A stretch of DNA of 49,481 nt from a bacterium (GCA_023249195.1 JAHFDB010000006.1:1-49481); one strand, 5' to 3'. Shown: positions 29,801-39,652, numbered from the stretch's first letter. Notes: a model not told the origin generated them from the sequence alone. Numbers and translations: made by a program.

Positions 29801-30837
29801 CAAAAATGGGTGTCCTACTTGGCATCATTATGTGTACAACATTGGTAATAATGGGGCTATTTGTATGGTGGGGAACACGCCCCTCTCTTCCTAAAACTCT
29901 CTACCAAAAAGGATTGCTTCAACACTATCCTTACACGCCCACGCTTTCTTCCTCGCTCACGCTTATGACCTATAATATCGGCTATGCAGGGGGTCTGGAT
30001 ACGCTTCGAGGCACTCACCTTAAGGCCTCTGAGATACAAACAAATCTCGATCACATCGCACAGACCATTTTGGCCCATAATCCGGATGTCTTGTGCGTCC
30101 AAGAAATAGATCTTCATTCAAGACGTTCTCGTGGAATCGACGAAGTTGCGTATTTGGCAAAAGCCTGCCATTTTCCCTATGTTGCGATTGCTTATACCTG
30201 GGATTGCCGCTATATCCCTTTTCCCTATACTATTCGCATCACCCGCCATTTTGGACGGGTATTGGCAGGGCAAGCTGTTTTTTCCAAATATCCGATTCTG
30301 AGTCAAACCATTCTGCGATTTCCAAAACCCAAAAAAAAGTCTTGGCTTGTCAACATGTTCTATCTCGATAGAATCGCCCAAACGGTGTGCATTAAAGCCC
30401 CCAGCGATGAAACCTTTACAGTCTGTAATGTTCATCTTGAGGCCTGGGACAAGCAGGCCCGCCAAGAACAAGCTAAAGAAATTCTTTTTAGCCTTCAACC
30501 TCTGACAAACCCTACCGTCATTGCAGGTGATTTTAACGCCTTAAACCCTGTTGCAACCACCCAAGAAGGGTTTCCAGACGAACCTGGATATAGCTATAAT
30601 AACGATGCCACGCTGTCACAATTTTTAGATACGCAAACACTCTCCTCAGCCCCTCGCATTCAAAGTCCAGAGGAAGAGATGGCATACTGGACCTTTCCAA
30701 GTGACGCCCCGACAAGGCGACTTGACCATATCTTTTACACCCACGACGCCCTCTATTTAAGACGGGCTTATCTTCTCAAAGACGCGACAGATGCCTCAGA
30801 TCATCTGCCCTTAATAGGAGAATTTTCATGGCTTTAA
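29797..30837 (+). CDS. Endonuclease/exonuclease/phosphatase family protein, membrane anchored
   Basis: TYNIGY, DVLCVQEID, NVHLE, AGDFNA, LDHIF, SDHLP. Confidence 0.92.
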   Translation: MTKMGVLLGIIMCTTLVIMGLFVWWGTRPSLPKTLYQKGLLQHYPYTPTLSSSLTLMTYNIGYAGGLDTLRGTHLKASEIQTNLDHIAQTILAHNPDVLCVQEIDLHSRRSRGIDEVAYLAKACHFPYVAIAYTWDCRYIPFPYTIRITRHFGRVLAGQAVFSKYPILSQTILRFPKPKKKSWLVNMFYLDRIAQTVCIKAPSDETFTVCNVHLEAWDKQARQEQAKEILFSLQPLTNPTVIAGDFNALNPVATTQEGFPDEPGYSYNNDATLSQFLDTQTLSSAPRIQSPEEEMAYWTFPSDAPTRRLDHIFYTHDALYLRRAYLLKDATDASDHLPLIGEFSWL

Positions 30838-31385
30838 CGAAAGCAGAACTGAGGGTATCCCTTTTATCTCAAAGAGAGGCCCTCAGTCCAGACACCATTG
30901 CTTACGCTTCAAAAAAGGTGTGCCGCACACTCAGTGAACATCCGCATATTCAAAAAGCACAATCGATTGCCGCCTACCTGCCCTTCAAAAACGAACTTAA
31001 CCCTTGGCATTTTATTCATGACTGCCTTCATCAGAAAAAAAACATATATATTCCGCGATATAACCCCGAAAACAACAGTTATAGTCTCGCTCAACTCACA
31101 GAAAAAACGGTCTTTGTCAAAGGAAAATATGGCATTCCAGAACCTGGACATAAGTCTCTTACTCTCTCTATGGAACAGGCTCTTACTGCCATTGAAGCCT
31201 GGGTTATCCCCGGTGTTGCATTTGATAAAACAGGGGCTCGTTTAGGTATGGGGAAAGGGTATTATGACCGATTCTTAAACAACAGTACCGGGCTTAAAAT
31301 AGGTATTTGTTTTAGATTTCAATATCTTGAAAGTATCCCACAAGATGATTGGGATGTTAAAATGGACACCATATTTTCAGAATAA
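30828..31385 (+). CDS. 5-formyltetrahydrofolate cyclo-ligase
   Basis: KAELR, YGIPEP, PGVAFD..G.RLG.GKGYYDR, WDVKMD. Confidence 0.93.
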   Translation: MALTKAELRVSLLSQREALSPDTIAYASKKVCRTLSEHPHIQKAQSIAAYLPFKNELNPWHFIHDCLHQKKNIYIPRYNPENNSYSLAQLTEKTVFVKGKYGIPEPGHKSLTLSMEQALTAIEAWVIPGVAFDKTGARLGMGKGYYDRFLNNSTGLKIGICFRFQYLESIPQDDWDVKMDTIFSE

Positions 31386-31397
31386 CTAAGGGATTTT

Positions 31398-32120
31398 ATG
31401 ACTGTTTTAAGTGTTAATGTTAACAAGTTTGCACTCCTTCGAAACTCTAGGGGACAAAACACTCCCGATGTACTTTCGATAGCCAAGCGCTGTATTGACG
31501 CAGGCGTTATTGGCATTACGGTGCACCCCAGACCTGACGGACGACATATCCGAACTGAAGATGTTGCCCAGCTCTCACGCTATCTTCATTCTGCGCAAAA
31601 AGAATTTAATATCGAAGGATACCCCTCAGAGGCGTTTATCGATATGGTCTTGGCTCACAAGCCTACACAAGTTACCTTGGTGCCAGATCCACCTGAAGCA
31701 CTCACCTCTTCTTTTGGATGGGACATTGCCCAACACCAACCGTTTTTAACTCAGGTCATCGCTCGGTTTAAACAGGCAGGCATTCGTACCGCTATTTTTG
31801 CAGATCCCACTTATTCAGATTGGATGCCTTTGTGCAGCATTCAAACCGATCGTGTTGAGCTTTTTACCCATTTTTATGCCCATCATTGTTCAGAAGGAAG
31901 AGAAAAGGCCATTGAACCCTTTATCAAGGCAGCACAAGCCATTACCCAACTAGGCATCGAATTGAACGCAGGACATGATTTAAACGCACTCAACTTGCCC
32001 TATTTTGTTGAGCAAATTCCTCAGATACGCGAAGTATCTATTGGTCACGCCCTGGTATGTGATGCACTTGATTTTGGACTTGAAAAAACGTTGCAACGCT
32101 ACTTGGCAGTCCTGTCATGA
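31398..32120 (+). CDS. pdxJ: Pyridoxine 5'-phosphate synthase
   Basis: LSVNVN, GITVHPRPD.RHI, FNIEG, TLVPD, NAGHDL, EVSIGHAL. Confidence 0.95.
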   Translation: MTVLSVNVNKFALLRNSRGQNTPDVLSIAKRCIDAGVIGITVHPRPDGRHIRTEDVAQLSRYLHSAQKEFNIEGYPSEAFIDMVLAHKPTQVTLVPDPPEALTSSFGWDIAQHQPFLTQVIARFKQAGIRTAIFADPTYSDWMPLCSIQTDRVELFTHFYAHHCSEGREKAIEPFIKAAQAITQLGIELNAGHDLNALNLPYFVEQIPQIREVSIGHALVCDALDFGLEKTLQRYLAVLS

Positions 32121-32938
32121 AAAAGGTTGGGGTGACCGGAAGTACCGGATTTATTGGTCAGCGTTACTTTGAATCGAATCCAAATCAAGTCCAGCTGGTA
32201 CCCCTTCCTTTGAGGGAAGGGCTTCAGTTACTTCCCTTAACGGGTCTAGATGCGCTTGTTCATCTTGCCGGGAAAGCCCATGTCACGGCTCACCCTCATG
32301 ACCCTTCTTATTTTAAAATCAATACCGAACTCACGCTGAAACTTGCTCAAAAAGCCAAAGAAAAAAAGGTGCGTCATTTTATCTATATGAGTTCTGTAAA
32401 AGCAGAAAGTAACGATATTTATGGTCAAAGCAAAAGAAAAGCCGAAGAAGGCCTTCTAGAAATGGCCTCCCCGGAATTTAAAGTTGCCCTCATTCGCCCC
32501 CCTCTCGTATATGGTCCGAATGTCAAGGCCAATATGCTTTATTTAATGCGTCTGTGTCAACGGCCTATTCCCTTGCCTTTCAAAGGGATTCACAATGCTC
32601 GCAGTATGGTCTTTGTCGATACCCTTTTAAGCTTAGTAAGCACCATTATCGATCAAGAAGCCGAAGGCCTTTTTATCGCGGGAGACCCACATCCCCTTTC
32701 TACTGAATTTTTAGTCAAAGAAATTCGGAAAAATTTACACATGCCCGAGCGCCTCTTTTCGCTTCCATCGATCCTGACACACCTTATTAAACTTCTAAAA
32801 CCTGGCCTTTATGACAGGCTATTTGGGTCTTATATCATCGACAATCAGCCTAGCAACCAGGCCTTGCATTTTACGCCCCCTTTTTCATCTGAACATGGCA
32901 TCAAAGAAATGGTAGAATGGTTCAAGAAACTTTCATGA
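32117..32938 (+). CDS. NAD-dependent epimerase/dehydratase
   Basis: VTGSTGFIG, HLAGKAH, YGQSK, RPPLVYGP. Confidence 0.92.
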   Translation: MKKVGVTGSTGFIGQRYFESNPNQVQLVPLPLREGLQLLPLTGLDALVHLAGKAHVTAHPHDPSYFKINTELTLKLAQKAKEKKVRHFIYMSSVKAESNDIYGQSKRKAEEGLLEMASPEFKVALIRPPLVYGPNVKANMLYLMRLCQRPIPLPFKGIHNARSMVFVDTLLSLVSTIIDQEAEGLFIAGDPHPLSTEFLVKEIRKNLHMPERLFSLPSILTHLIKLLKPGLYDRLFGSYIIDNQPSNQALHFTPPFSSEHGIKEMVEWFKKLS

Positions 32939-34149
32939 ACATGTCCTTTAATCTCGATACATTTATCTCGGAAAAAATAACGCAAAGGCCTCAGAGCCTT
33001 TTGGCAGAAGATTTGTCTGTTTTTGACACCCCTATTCGGAAAGAAATTACAGGGAAATCGGTCTTGGTGATTGGGGCTGCAGGTACCATTGGAGCTTCTT
33101 TTGTAAGGGCTATTCTTACCTATGCACCTCAAAAACTCGTCGTCGTCGATATTAACGAAAACGGCCTCACAGAATTAGTAAGAGACTGCAGAAGCCGAGA
33201 TACGCTAACGCTACCAAACGCCTTTAAATCTTACCCTATTAATTTTGGCGAACCTGTTTTTAAAAAAATATTCCTTGCTGAAGGACCCTTTGACATTGTC
33301 GCTAATTTTGCCGCTCACAAACATGTCCGAAGTGAAAAAGACATCTATTCTATAGAAGCCATGATTGAAAACAATGTGCTCAAAGCTAAGGGATTGCTTG
33401 ATTTACTTCTAGAATATCCCCCCCAACATTTTTTCTGTGTCTCTACAGATAAAGCAGCAAATCCGGTCAATATTATGGGGGCTAGCAAAAAACTTATGGA
33501 AAATCTTATTCTTGCTTATTCAAAAAAACTACCCATTACCACCGCACGCTTTGCCAATGTTGCCTTTTCTAATGGCAGCCTACCCGCAGGATTTATTGAA
33601 CGTGTGATGAAACGCCAACCCCTTTCTTGTCCATCGGATGTCCGACGATATTTTGTGTCTCCTGAAGAATCCGGACAACTGTGCTTAATGGCCTGTGTTC
33701 TAGGTAAGTCCGGTGAGATTTTTTTTCCAAAGCTTCAGGAAAAAGACTTGATCTATTTTTCCTCTATTGCTGAAAATTTTCTAGAAGCACTTGGACTCTC
33801 CCCTGAAGCATGTGATTCAGAAGAGGATGCCAAAAAAAAAGCAGCTTCCTTAACTAAAACTTCTCAAAAATATCCCTTGTATCTTTTTAAAAGTGATACC
33901 TCCGGAGAAAAATTATACGAAGAGTTTTACACACAAGATGAAAAAAAAGATCTCACCCGGTTTAAGGCTTTAGGGGTCATTCAAGACGCTGCTCACCCTA
34001 GCCTATCTGAACTCAATACTATGATCAAGAGCCTTGAAACTTGTTTTTCAAAACCTACTCAAAAATCCGACATCGTCGACTTGCTCAAACTGCTTCTTCC
34101 AAACTTTCAACATATTGAAACCGGTCTCAATTTAGACCAGAAAATGTAA
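32935..34149 (+). CDS. Polysaccharide biosynthesis protein, UDP-GlcNAc 4,6-dehydratase (CapD-like)
   Basis: GAAGTIG, AAHKHVRSE, STDKAANP..MGASK, RFANVAFSNGS, GEK.YEE. Confidence 0.9.
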   Translation: MNMSFNLDTFISEKITQRPQSLLAEDLSVFDTPIRKEITGKSVLVIGAAGTIGASFVRAILTYAPQKLVVVDINENGLTELVRDCRSRDTLTLPNAFKSYPINFGEPVFKKIFLAEGPFDIVANFAAHKHVRSEKDIYSIEAMIENNVLKAKGLLDLLLEYPPQHFFCVSTDKAANPVNIMGASKKLMENLILAYSKKLPITTARFANVAFSNGSLPAGFIERVMKRQPLSCPSDVRRYFVSPEESGQLCLMACVLGKSGEIFFPKLQEKDLIYFSSIAENFLEALGLSPEACDSEEDAKKKAASLTKTSQKYPLYLFKSDTSGEKLYEEFYTQDEKKDLTRFKALGVIQDAAHPSLSELNTMIKSLETCFSKPTQKSDIVDLLKLLLPNFQHIETGLNLDQKM

Positions 34150-34817
34150 TGCCAATGTACCTATTTCTGAAACGTAGTCTTGATATCTTCATTTCTTTAT
34201 CTGCCCTTGTTTTATTACTGCCATTTTTAGTTCCTATTGTGATAGTGTTGCGCCTCACTGGTGAGGGCTATGTTTTTTATAGGCAAAGACGCATAGGCCT
34301 GCACAATGTCTATTTTGATATCCTCAAATTCGCCACCATGCTCAAAGACAGTCCTAATATGGGGACGGGAAGCATCACATTGCGACAAGACCCTCGAATT
34401 ACCCCTATGGGGACGTTTTTGCGCAAGACGAAGATTAATGAGCTTCCGCAAATTTTAAACGTCCTTAAAGGGGATATGAGCATCGTGGGGCCAAGGCCTT
34501 TAGTAGACAAAACCTTCAACGCCTATCCAGAGGCTATTCGAGACAAAGTTTATCAGTCCCGTCCGGGAATTACTGGCATTGGGTCGATTATTTTTCGAGA
34601 CGAAGAATCGCTCATTTCAGCCTCTCCACTTGAACCCCATGCTTTTTATGCACAGATTATTGCTCCCTATAAAGGGGCCTTAGAAATGTGGTACTTAACC
34701 CATAAGTCGATGGGAGTGGATTTGAAAATTATTTTTCTGACTGCCTGGGCTATTCTATTTTCCAAAAATGAGTTAGTTTATCGCTGGTTCAAAGATCTGC
34801 CTCCGCGCTCTTTTTAG
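34149..34817 (+). CDS. Bacterial sugar transferase (polyprenyl glycosylphosphotransferase)
   Basis: KRSLDI, KFATM, DPRIT..G.FLRKTKINELPQ, GDMSIVGPRP, RPGITG. Confidence 0.93.
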   Translation: MPMYLFLKRSLDIFISLSALVLLLPFLVPIVIVLRLTGEGYVFYRQRRIGLHNVYFDILKFATMLKDSPNMGTGSITLRQDPRITPMGTFLRKTKINELPQILNVLKGDMSIVGPRPLVDKTFNAYPEAIRDKVYQSRPGITGIGSIIFRDEESLISASPLEPHAFYAQIIAPYKGALEMWYLTHKSMGVDLKIIFLTAWAILFSKNELVYRWFKDLPPRSF

Positions 34818-34819
34818 CG

Positions 34820-35674
34820 ATGAATGCCGTCATTGTTTCCAAATTAGGAGAGATGGGGTGGCATCCCCCTACGGCTGACGGATTAAAACATAGCATGGAA
34901 GTGTTATTTAAGCATGCCCCACGGGTGCTTAGTAAACCCATTAAGGCCCTCGTTTTACCCCATGCGGGATACACCTACTCTGGACTCACTGCCGCGATGG
35001 GAATCACTCAAATCGACTCCAAAACAAGGTATTCAAAAATTCTGATATTGGGTCCAAGCCATTACGTTCCCTTGAAAAACAAAGGCCACATCACGTCTGC
35101 AAGGGCAATCCAAACCCCCTTAGGAGAAGCCCCCCTTGATACGGAGTCACTTGCTTTTTTAAAAAAAGCTCCTATTTTTGAGTCTATTGATGCCATTGAT
35201 CAACAAGAGCATTGCATCCAAATCGAGGTTCCTTTTTTTCAGACGGTTTTGCCAGGCATCCCCATCTTACCGATTGTTCTCGGATCGCTTGACCGCGCAG
35301 CTGCACACGGCATTGCCGAGTTGCTCGAACCTTTTTTAGACGACACCACCCTACTCGTCATTAGTAGTGACTTTACCCATTACGGAGCTTCGTTTGGATA
35401 TGTTCCTTTTTCTCACAATATCGAAGAAAACATTCGTTCTTTTGATGCTGAAGTCATAGCGCCTCTTTGCGACTTGAACGAGTCAAAGGTGTATAATGAA
35501 TTTCGTCGAAGAGAACGCACTATTTGTGGTGAATCTGCTCTTAAAGTGATGGTGCCACTCCTTCGATCCAAGTGGCCTAGTCTGGAAGGAACATGCATTG
35601 ACTATCGCATGTCTGGCCAACTTAATTCCGACTGGTCTTTTAGCGTCAGTTACGCAGCCCTTACATGGACATAG
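34820..35674 (+). CDS. amrB: AmmeMemoRadiSam system protein B (MEMO1-like)
   Basis: PHAGY.YSG, LGPSH, TPLG, EH.IQIE.PF, ISSDFTHYG, TICG, VSYA. Confidence 0.9.
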   Translation: MNAVIVSKLGEMGWHPPTADGLKHSMEVLFKHAPRVLSKPIKALVLPHAGYTYSGLTAAMGITQIDSKTRYSKILILGPSHYVPLKNKGHITSARAIQTPLGEAPLDTESLAFLKKAPIFESIDAIDQQEHCIQIEVPFFQTVLPGIPILPIVLGSLDRAAAHGIAELLEPFLDDTTLLVISSDFTHYGASFGYVPFSHNIEENIRSFDAEVIAPLCDLNESKVYNEFRRRERTICGESALKVMVPLLRSKWPSLEGTCIDYRMSGQLNSDWSFSVSYAALTWT

Positions 35675-36228
35675 AACTCTCTTCTGAAGTTAAAACATGG
35701 TTACTTACCCAGGCCCGATCCTGCCTTGGTCATTATCTTTCTTTTGGAAAAATCCCCTCTCTTGACGGGCTGCCTACCGACCCTGTTCTACAAGAAAACC
35801 GTGGCGTATTTGTTACCCTCACACAGAGAAAAACCCACCAATTAAGAGGCTGTATCGGCACCCTTCAAACACAGGATCCTCTATGGAAATCTGTTATGCT
35901 CTATGTCATTTATGCCGCCCTAAATGACACTCGGTTTGTACCTGTAACCCCACCAGAACTCCCCCATCTGCGAATAGAAATTTCAGTCCTCTCCCCCTTT
36001 TTGCCTATCTCTTCTTATACCGATATTGTCCTAGGAAAGCATGGGATTTTATTTGAAAAGTCGGGAAAAAGGGCGGTATTCCTTCCTCATGTTCCCCTCG
36101 AACATGGCTGGACCCTTACAGAAACACTCGATCAACTGGCCCTAAAAGCAGGTCTGCATAAAGAGGCTTGGAAAGACCATTCTCAATTCAAAGTTTTTGA
36201 GAGTCTGTATTTTAGCGAAACGCTATGA
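35665..36228 (+). CDS. amrA: AmmeMemoRadiSam system protein A (AMMECR1-like)
   Basis: GVFVTL, LRGCIG, D.RF.PV, IEISVLS, GKHG, FLP.V, L.LKAGL. Confidence 0.92.
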   Translation: MDIELSSEVKTWLLTQARSCLGHYLSFGKIPSLDGLPTDPVLQENRGVFVTLTQRKTHQLRGCIGTLQTQDPLWKSVMLYVIYAALNDTRFVPVTPPELPHLRIEISVLSPFLPISSYTDIVLGKHGILFEKSGKRAVFLPHVPLEHGWTLTETLDQLALKAGLHKEAWKDHSQFKVFESLYFSETL

Positions 36229-36269
36229 CCTCATCCTGCTCAAAACGCACTTTCCTATAAGCTGCTGAG

Positions 36270-38768
36270 TTAGACTACCCCAAATGGTGCTACATCCCTA
36301 ATAACTGGCGGTAATTCGCCGAAAGTATGCCCAGATCGTAAGACTGGCACCGTAGACACCGAGGCTTGCTGTGCTTGAAGTTGCTCAAGATACTTAGGAA
36401 TTTCTATCTTAAAGAATGCAATAGCAGCCGAAGATTCCTCCACTTTATCGCTGGTCAGATTTTCCAAATGACTCACAACCTCAGAATTCTCCATTAATCT
36501 AGGGTCCGCAGAACGAACCATATCTTGAATACTATGCCCCACTTGTTTGAGCAATACCTTTTTGGCATTCTCTCGGGGATTTACTGGATTCCCAAACACC
36601 GGATCTAACTCACGCCCTAAAGACACCACCACGGTTGGGACATCGCTGTATCGTTCGGTATGTGCGTTTTGCAATCCAATCCATAAAGGGTCTTCGGCAT
36701 TTATTGGAATCCCGTTTGCAAAGTCAAATTCACCCCCTAATTGTACATAAGCTTCAGAAACAACCCCCGTTGAATCTAGTACAAACCAAGAATATCCACC
36801 CACACCCGTTTTACTAGGAATACGCACACCTGAATCAGTCACACTCGTCCCCTGGTTATAGGCCCCATTGTGACTTAATTGATCACGCAGGTCAGCTTGA
36901 AGTGAGGCAGAAATGTGGGGGCAAGTCCACATCGAGGTTATGATCCTTGCATAGGACTCTGGATCAGTCTCCATAGCACATCCCGATGTATATACTTCCA
37001 TATAATGTTTGGCCTTTGCCAAGACCCCTGCCCTCTCTTCTTCGGTTCCTGTGAGCAACATTTGCTGCAAGTCTTTCCCCAAGAGCCCCTTAGAAATAAG
37101 TCGAAGCATTCTAGATTCATTATCCTGTGGATTTAAATTGAGCTCAGCCTGCTTACTCTTGCACGCACGTTTATAGGTATCAAAATCTTTCTTAGAGATA
37201 CTCGGCTTTGCCATCTCCATTAATTGATCCAACAAATGGTATTTCACTGTTTGATATTCAAATTCAGATCCCATAATCGTTTTTTTGAAAGGTTTCTTCT
37301 GAATAACACCTAAAATAACCTCGGCAAACTTTCGCATGTTTTGAGTGATTTCAGGATTGTCTAGCACGGCTTCAACCTCACTCGAAAATTTAGAGACTGT
37401 TGTTGGCCCACATTCAAGCAGCGTTTGGAGGGATAGAAACAAACGGTATCCGCATGCGCTTTCCTCATCCAACTTAGGTGCGTAACTTTTCAAAAGACCC
37501 TCAATTAAACCCGCTTTATGTGCCTGATAGGCTTCTACTTTGTCTTTATCTTTTCGATTTCCTAATACCGATGCTCTACTTTCTTCGGTATCTTTCAATT
37601 CCCCTTCAAGTACCTGAGCATTCACCTTAACAGGATCTCTTTTTTCAGAATCAAAAGAATTAACAAAAGCGGTAAATATTGAAGCATGATCGGTATATTC
37701 AACCCCTCTAATTACAGCATAATCGATATTCAAACAAAACCCTGCAACGTTAGCCAAAGCACCATAATTGGTAGAAATCCCCGCAATATCATGAACTGTT
37801 TTATAGTGTCCTTCTTTCTCATCAATGCCTTGGCTAGGTCTTACATTATAGGCGTGTCCAAAAGGCACATCGCTATGCACGGGAGGCATGGCTAAACAAA
37901 CGGAATCCACAACCGCATCTAAAGGGCTTAGACCTTTTTCCTTCATGTCTTCTTTTGAAAGGGGAGGAAACACAAAAACATGTTTCCCCGTTGCGTCTTT
38001 AAATATATGTCGACAATCTTGAGAAAGCCTTTTTAGCAGAAATGCAAAAGGCTTCGAGGTTGATTGCAAGGTAGCTCTATCATCGCCTTTCCCAGGAACA
38101 GAACGGCACATTTCTGTTACGATATCTCCCTCAGATTCTTTTGCTACCACAAGAACATTTGTGCGTTGATCGTTAATTCTAGCTTTCTCAATGTATCCCC
38201 TTGTTGTCATCCCTCTTTGTAAAATAGCTTCAACATCCTCATCGAGACTTCCTGAAAGTGTGAGGCGTGTATCTTTGCTTCCACTTTCAATAACCACAAG
38301 CTCTCGGCTATCGTTTTTTGTATCTAAATTGACTTGATCTAATTTCCAAACGATGCCATTAGTCATGGTAATGCTTAGTGCCAAAGCACCGATATAGGTA
38401 GCGGTTCGTCTACCATGAGTTTCTTCCTCTTTTGTTCTTGGTGCGGGGGGCAAAGAATCTGGTAAATCCAGGGACAATATTCTTGAAGCTCTCGAAGCGC
38501 TGCTTTCAACAGAAACAGACCTAGACGCTATAGGAGAAGACCATTCTGAACTTGATGGAGACCCAGAAGGTGTTTTTCTGAGCTTAGCTTTAGCGTCCAT
38601 TAGAAGCTTAGAAGCCCCAGACACACGTTCATTGGCCTGTGACATATCCAGCCCTGAAGAAGCCCGAGAAGATAGCCCACTTTGAACAGGGCCAAACATA
38701 GCCGCCAGTTGCCTAACAGAAGGTTTTTGATCTTTTTGATCAGGGGGTAAAAATGGTAGATTTGCCAT
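36270..38768 (-). CDS. Large divergent glutaminase-fold protein with Ser-rich N-terminal extension (candidate secreted effector)
   Basis: Ordered glutaminase motifs QSTSKPF, NYGAL, VLEGE, YTSGCAME, NGAYN, PSKTGVGG, LD..GNP align with those of the canonical enzyme at 42301; GGGAG RBS. Confidence 0.7.
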   Translation of the reverse strand: MANLPFLPPDQKDQKPSVRQLAAMFGPVQSGLSSRASSGLDMSQANERVSGASKLLMDAKAKLRKTPSGSPSSSEWSSPIASRSVSVESSASRASRILSLDLPDSLPPAPRTKEEETHGRRTATYIGALALSITMTNGIVWKLDQVNLDTKNDSRELVVIESGSKDTRLTLSGSLDEDVEAILQRGMTTRGYIEKARINDQRTNVLVVAKESEGDIVTEMCRSVPGKGDDRATLQSTSKPFAFLLKRLSQDCRHIFKDATGKHVFVFPPLSKEDMKEKGLSPLDAVVDSVCLAMPPVHSDVPFGHAYNVRPSQGIDEKEGHYKTVHDIAGISTNYGALANVAGFCLNIDYAVIRGVEYTDHASIFTAFVNSFDSEKRDPVKVNAQVLEGELKDTEESRASVLGNRKDKDKVEAYQAHKAGLIEGLLKSYAPKLDEESACGYRLFLSLQTLLECGPTTVSKFSSEVEAVLDNPEITQNMRKFAEVILGVIQKKPFKKTIMGSEFEYQTVKYHLLDQLMEMAKPSISKKDFDTYKRACKSKQAELNLNPQDNESRMLRLISKGLLGKDLQQMLLTGTEEERAGVLAKAKHYMEVYTSGCAMETDPESYARIITSMWTCPHISASLQADLRDQLSHNGAYNQGTSVTDSGVRIPSKTGVGGYSWFVLDSTGVVSEAYVQLGGEFDFANGIPINAEDPLWIGLQNAHTERYSDVPTVVVSLGRELDPVFGNPVNPRENAKKVLLKQVGHSIQDMVRSADPRLMENSEVVSHLENLTSDKVEESSAAIAFFKIEIPKYLEQLQAQQASVSTVPVLRSGHTFGELPPVIRDVAPFGVV

Positions 38769-38867
38769 AACAACATCTCCCTCTCAGTCTAAATCTTCCC
38801 CTTATTTTGGTTGATTTAAACATAACTTGCATAAAAAAATGCGCCTAAGGAACCCATGCTGTTTCAA

Positions 38868-38896
38868 TTATCGTATCAGGATCAAAAAAAATTTCA
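38868..38896 (-). promoter_or_regulatory. TGAAAT-N17-CGATAA motif copy 2 (putative sigma28-like promoter)
   Basis: Minus strand TGAAAT TTTTTTTGATCCTGATA CGATAA, 99 nt before ATG at 38768. Confidence 0.6.
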
Positions 38897-38904
38897 ATTG
38901 GATT

Positions 38905-38949
38905 AAATTATAAAGCCTGCTTAAATTTTTATAAAAACTATGCTATAAT
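38905..38949 (+). promoter_or_regulatory. Putative MntR/DtxR operator and extended -10 promoter of the metalloregulator gene
   Basis: Imperfect palindrome TAAAG-CCTG-CTTAA within AAATT/AATTT flanks (38905-38930); TGCTATAAT at 38941-38949. Confidence 0.45.
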
Positions 38950-38989
38950 TTTTTTTAAATCAAACTTCAATCTAAGAGAGCGAACCTCT

Positions 38990-39652
38990 ATGAAACCAGT
39001 CACAGAAAACTATTTGAAACTTATATTCAACCTCCAGCAAAACCATCCAGGAGCAGTGAAGCCTCTGCTGATTTCTAAAAGCCTAGAAGTGACGCCTCCG
39101 GCTGTATCTGAAATGCTCAAAAAACTTGCTGATGAGCATTATATAGAATACATCCCTTATCACGGAGTCAAACTTACAAAAAAAGGGCTTATCCAGGGTC
39201 AAAACATGGTCAGACGGCACCGATTATGGGAACTTTATTTACACAAAATTCTAGGGTTTCCCTGGGACAAGGTGCACCAAGAAGCCGAATTATTAGAACA
39301 TGCCTCTTCTGATGACGTCATCAATAAACTTGAAGAAGTGATGGGATTTCCCGAATATGACCCCCATGGAGACCCGATTCCTTCTAAAGAAGGCATTTTT
39401 CCAAAGGCGCTTGCAAGCCTGCCCCTGTCAAAGTGCAAGGTAAACGATAGTTTAAAGGTTGTTAGGGTCAGCGACTTTGACAATGAGTTTTTGCACTACA
39501 TCGATACTTTGGGCATCCAACTGCAACAACACCTTGTTGTAGAAGATATTCGGTCCTTTGATCACTCGTTTTTAATTTCTATTGGATCTAGAAAAGAAAC
39601 CATTAGTGAATTTACCGCACAGCATATTTTTGTGATTCGAGAAGGAAACTAA
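38990..39652 (+). CDS. DtxR/MntR family metal-dependent transcriptional regulator with FeoA domain
   Basis: ENYLK.I, V.PPAVSEM.KKL, RRHRLWE, EAE.LEH, DPHGDPIP. Confidence 0.95.
   Translation: MKPVTENYLKLIFNLQQNHPGAVKPLLISKSLEVTPPAVSEMLKKLADEHYIEYIPYHGVKLTKKGLIQGQNMVRRHRLWELYLHKILGFPWDKVHQEAELLEHASSDDVINKLEEVMGFPEYDPHGDPIPSKEGIFPKALASLPLSKCKVNDSLKVVRVSDFDNEFLHYIDTLGIQLQQHLVVEDIRSFDHSFLISIGSRKETISEFTAQHIFVIREGN

Noticed and set aside
32117-34817. Novel glycosylation system
   Set aside because: Epimerase, CapD-like dehydratase and sugar transferase form a common polysaccharide-initiation trio with nothing unusual in the motifs.
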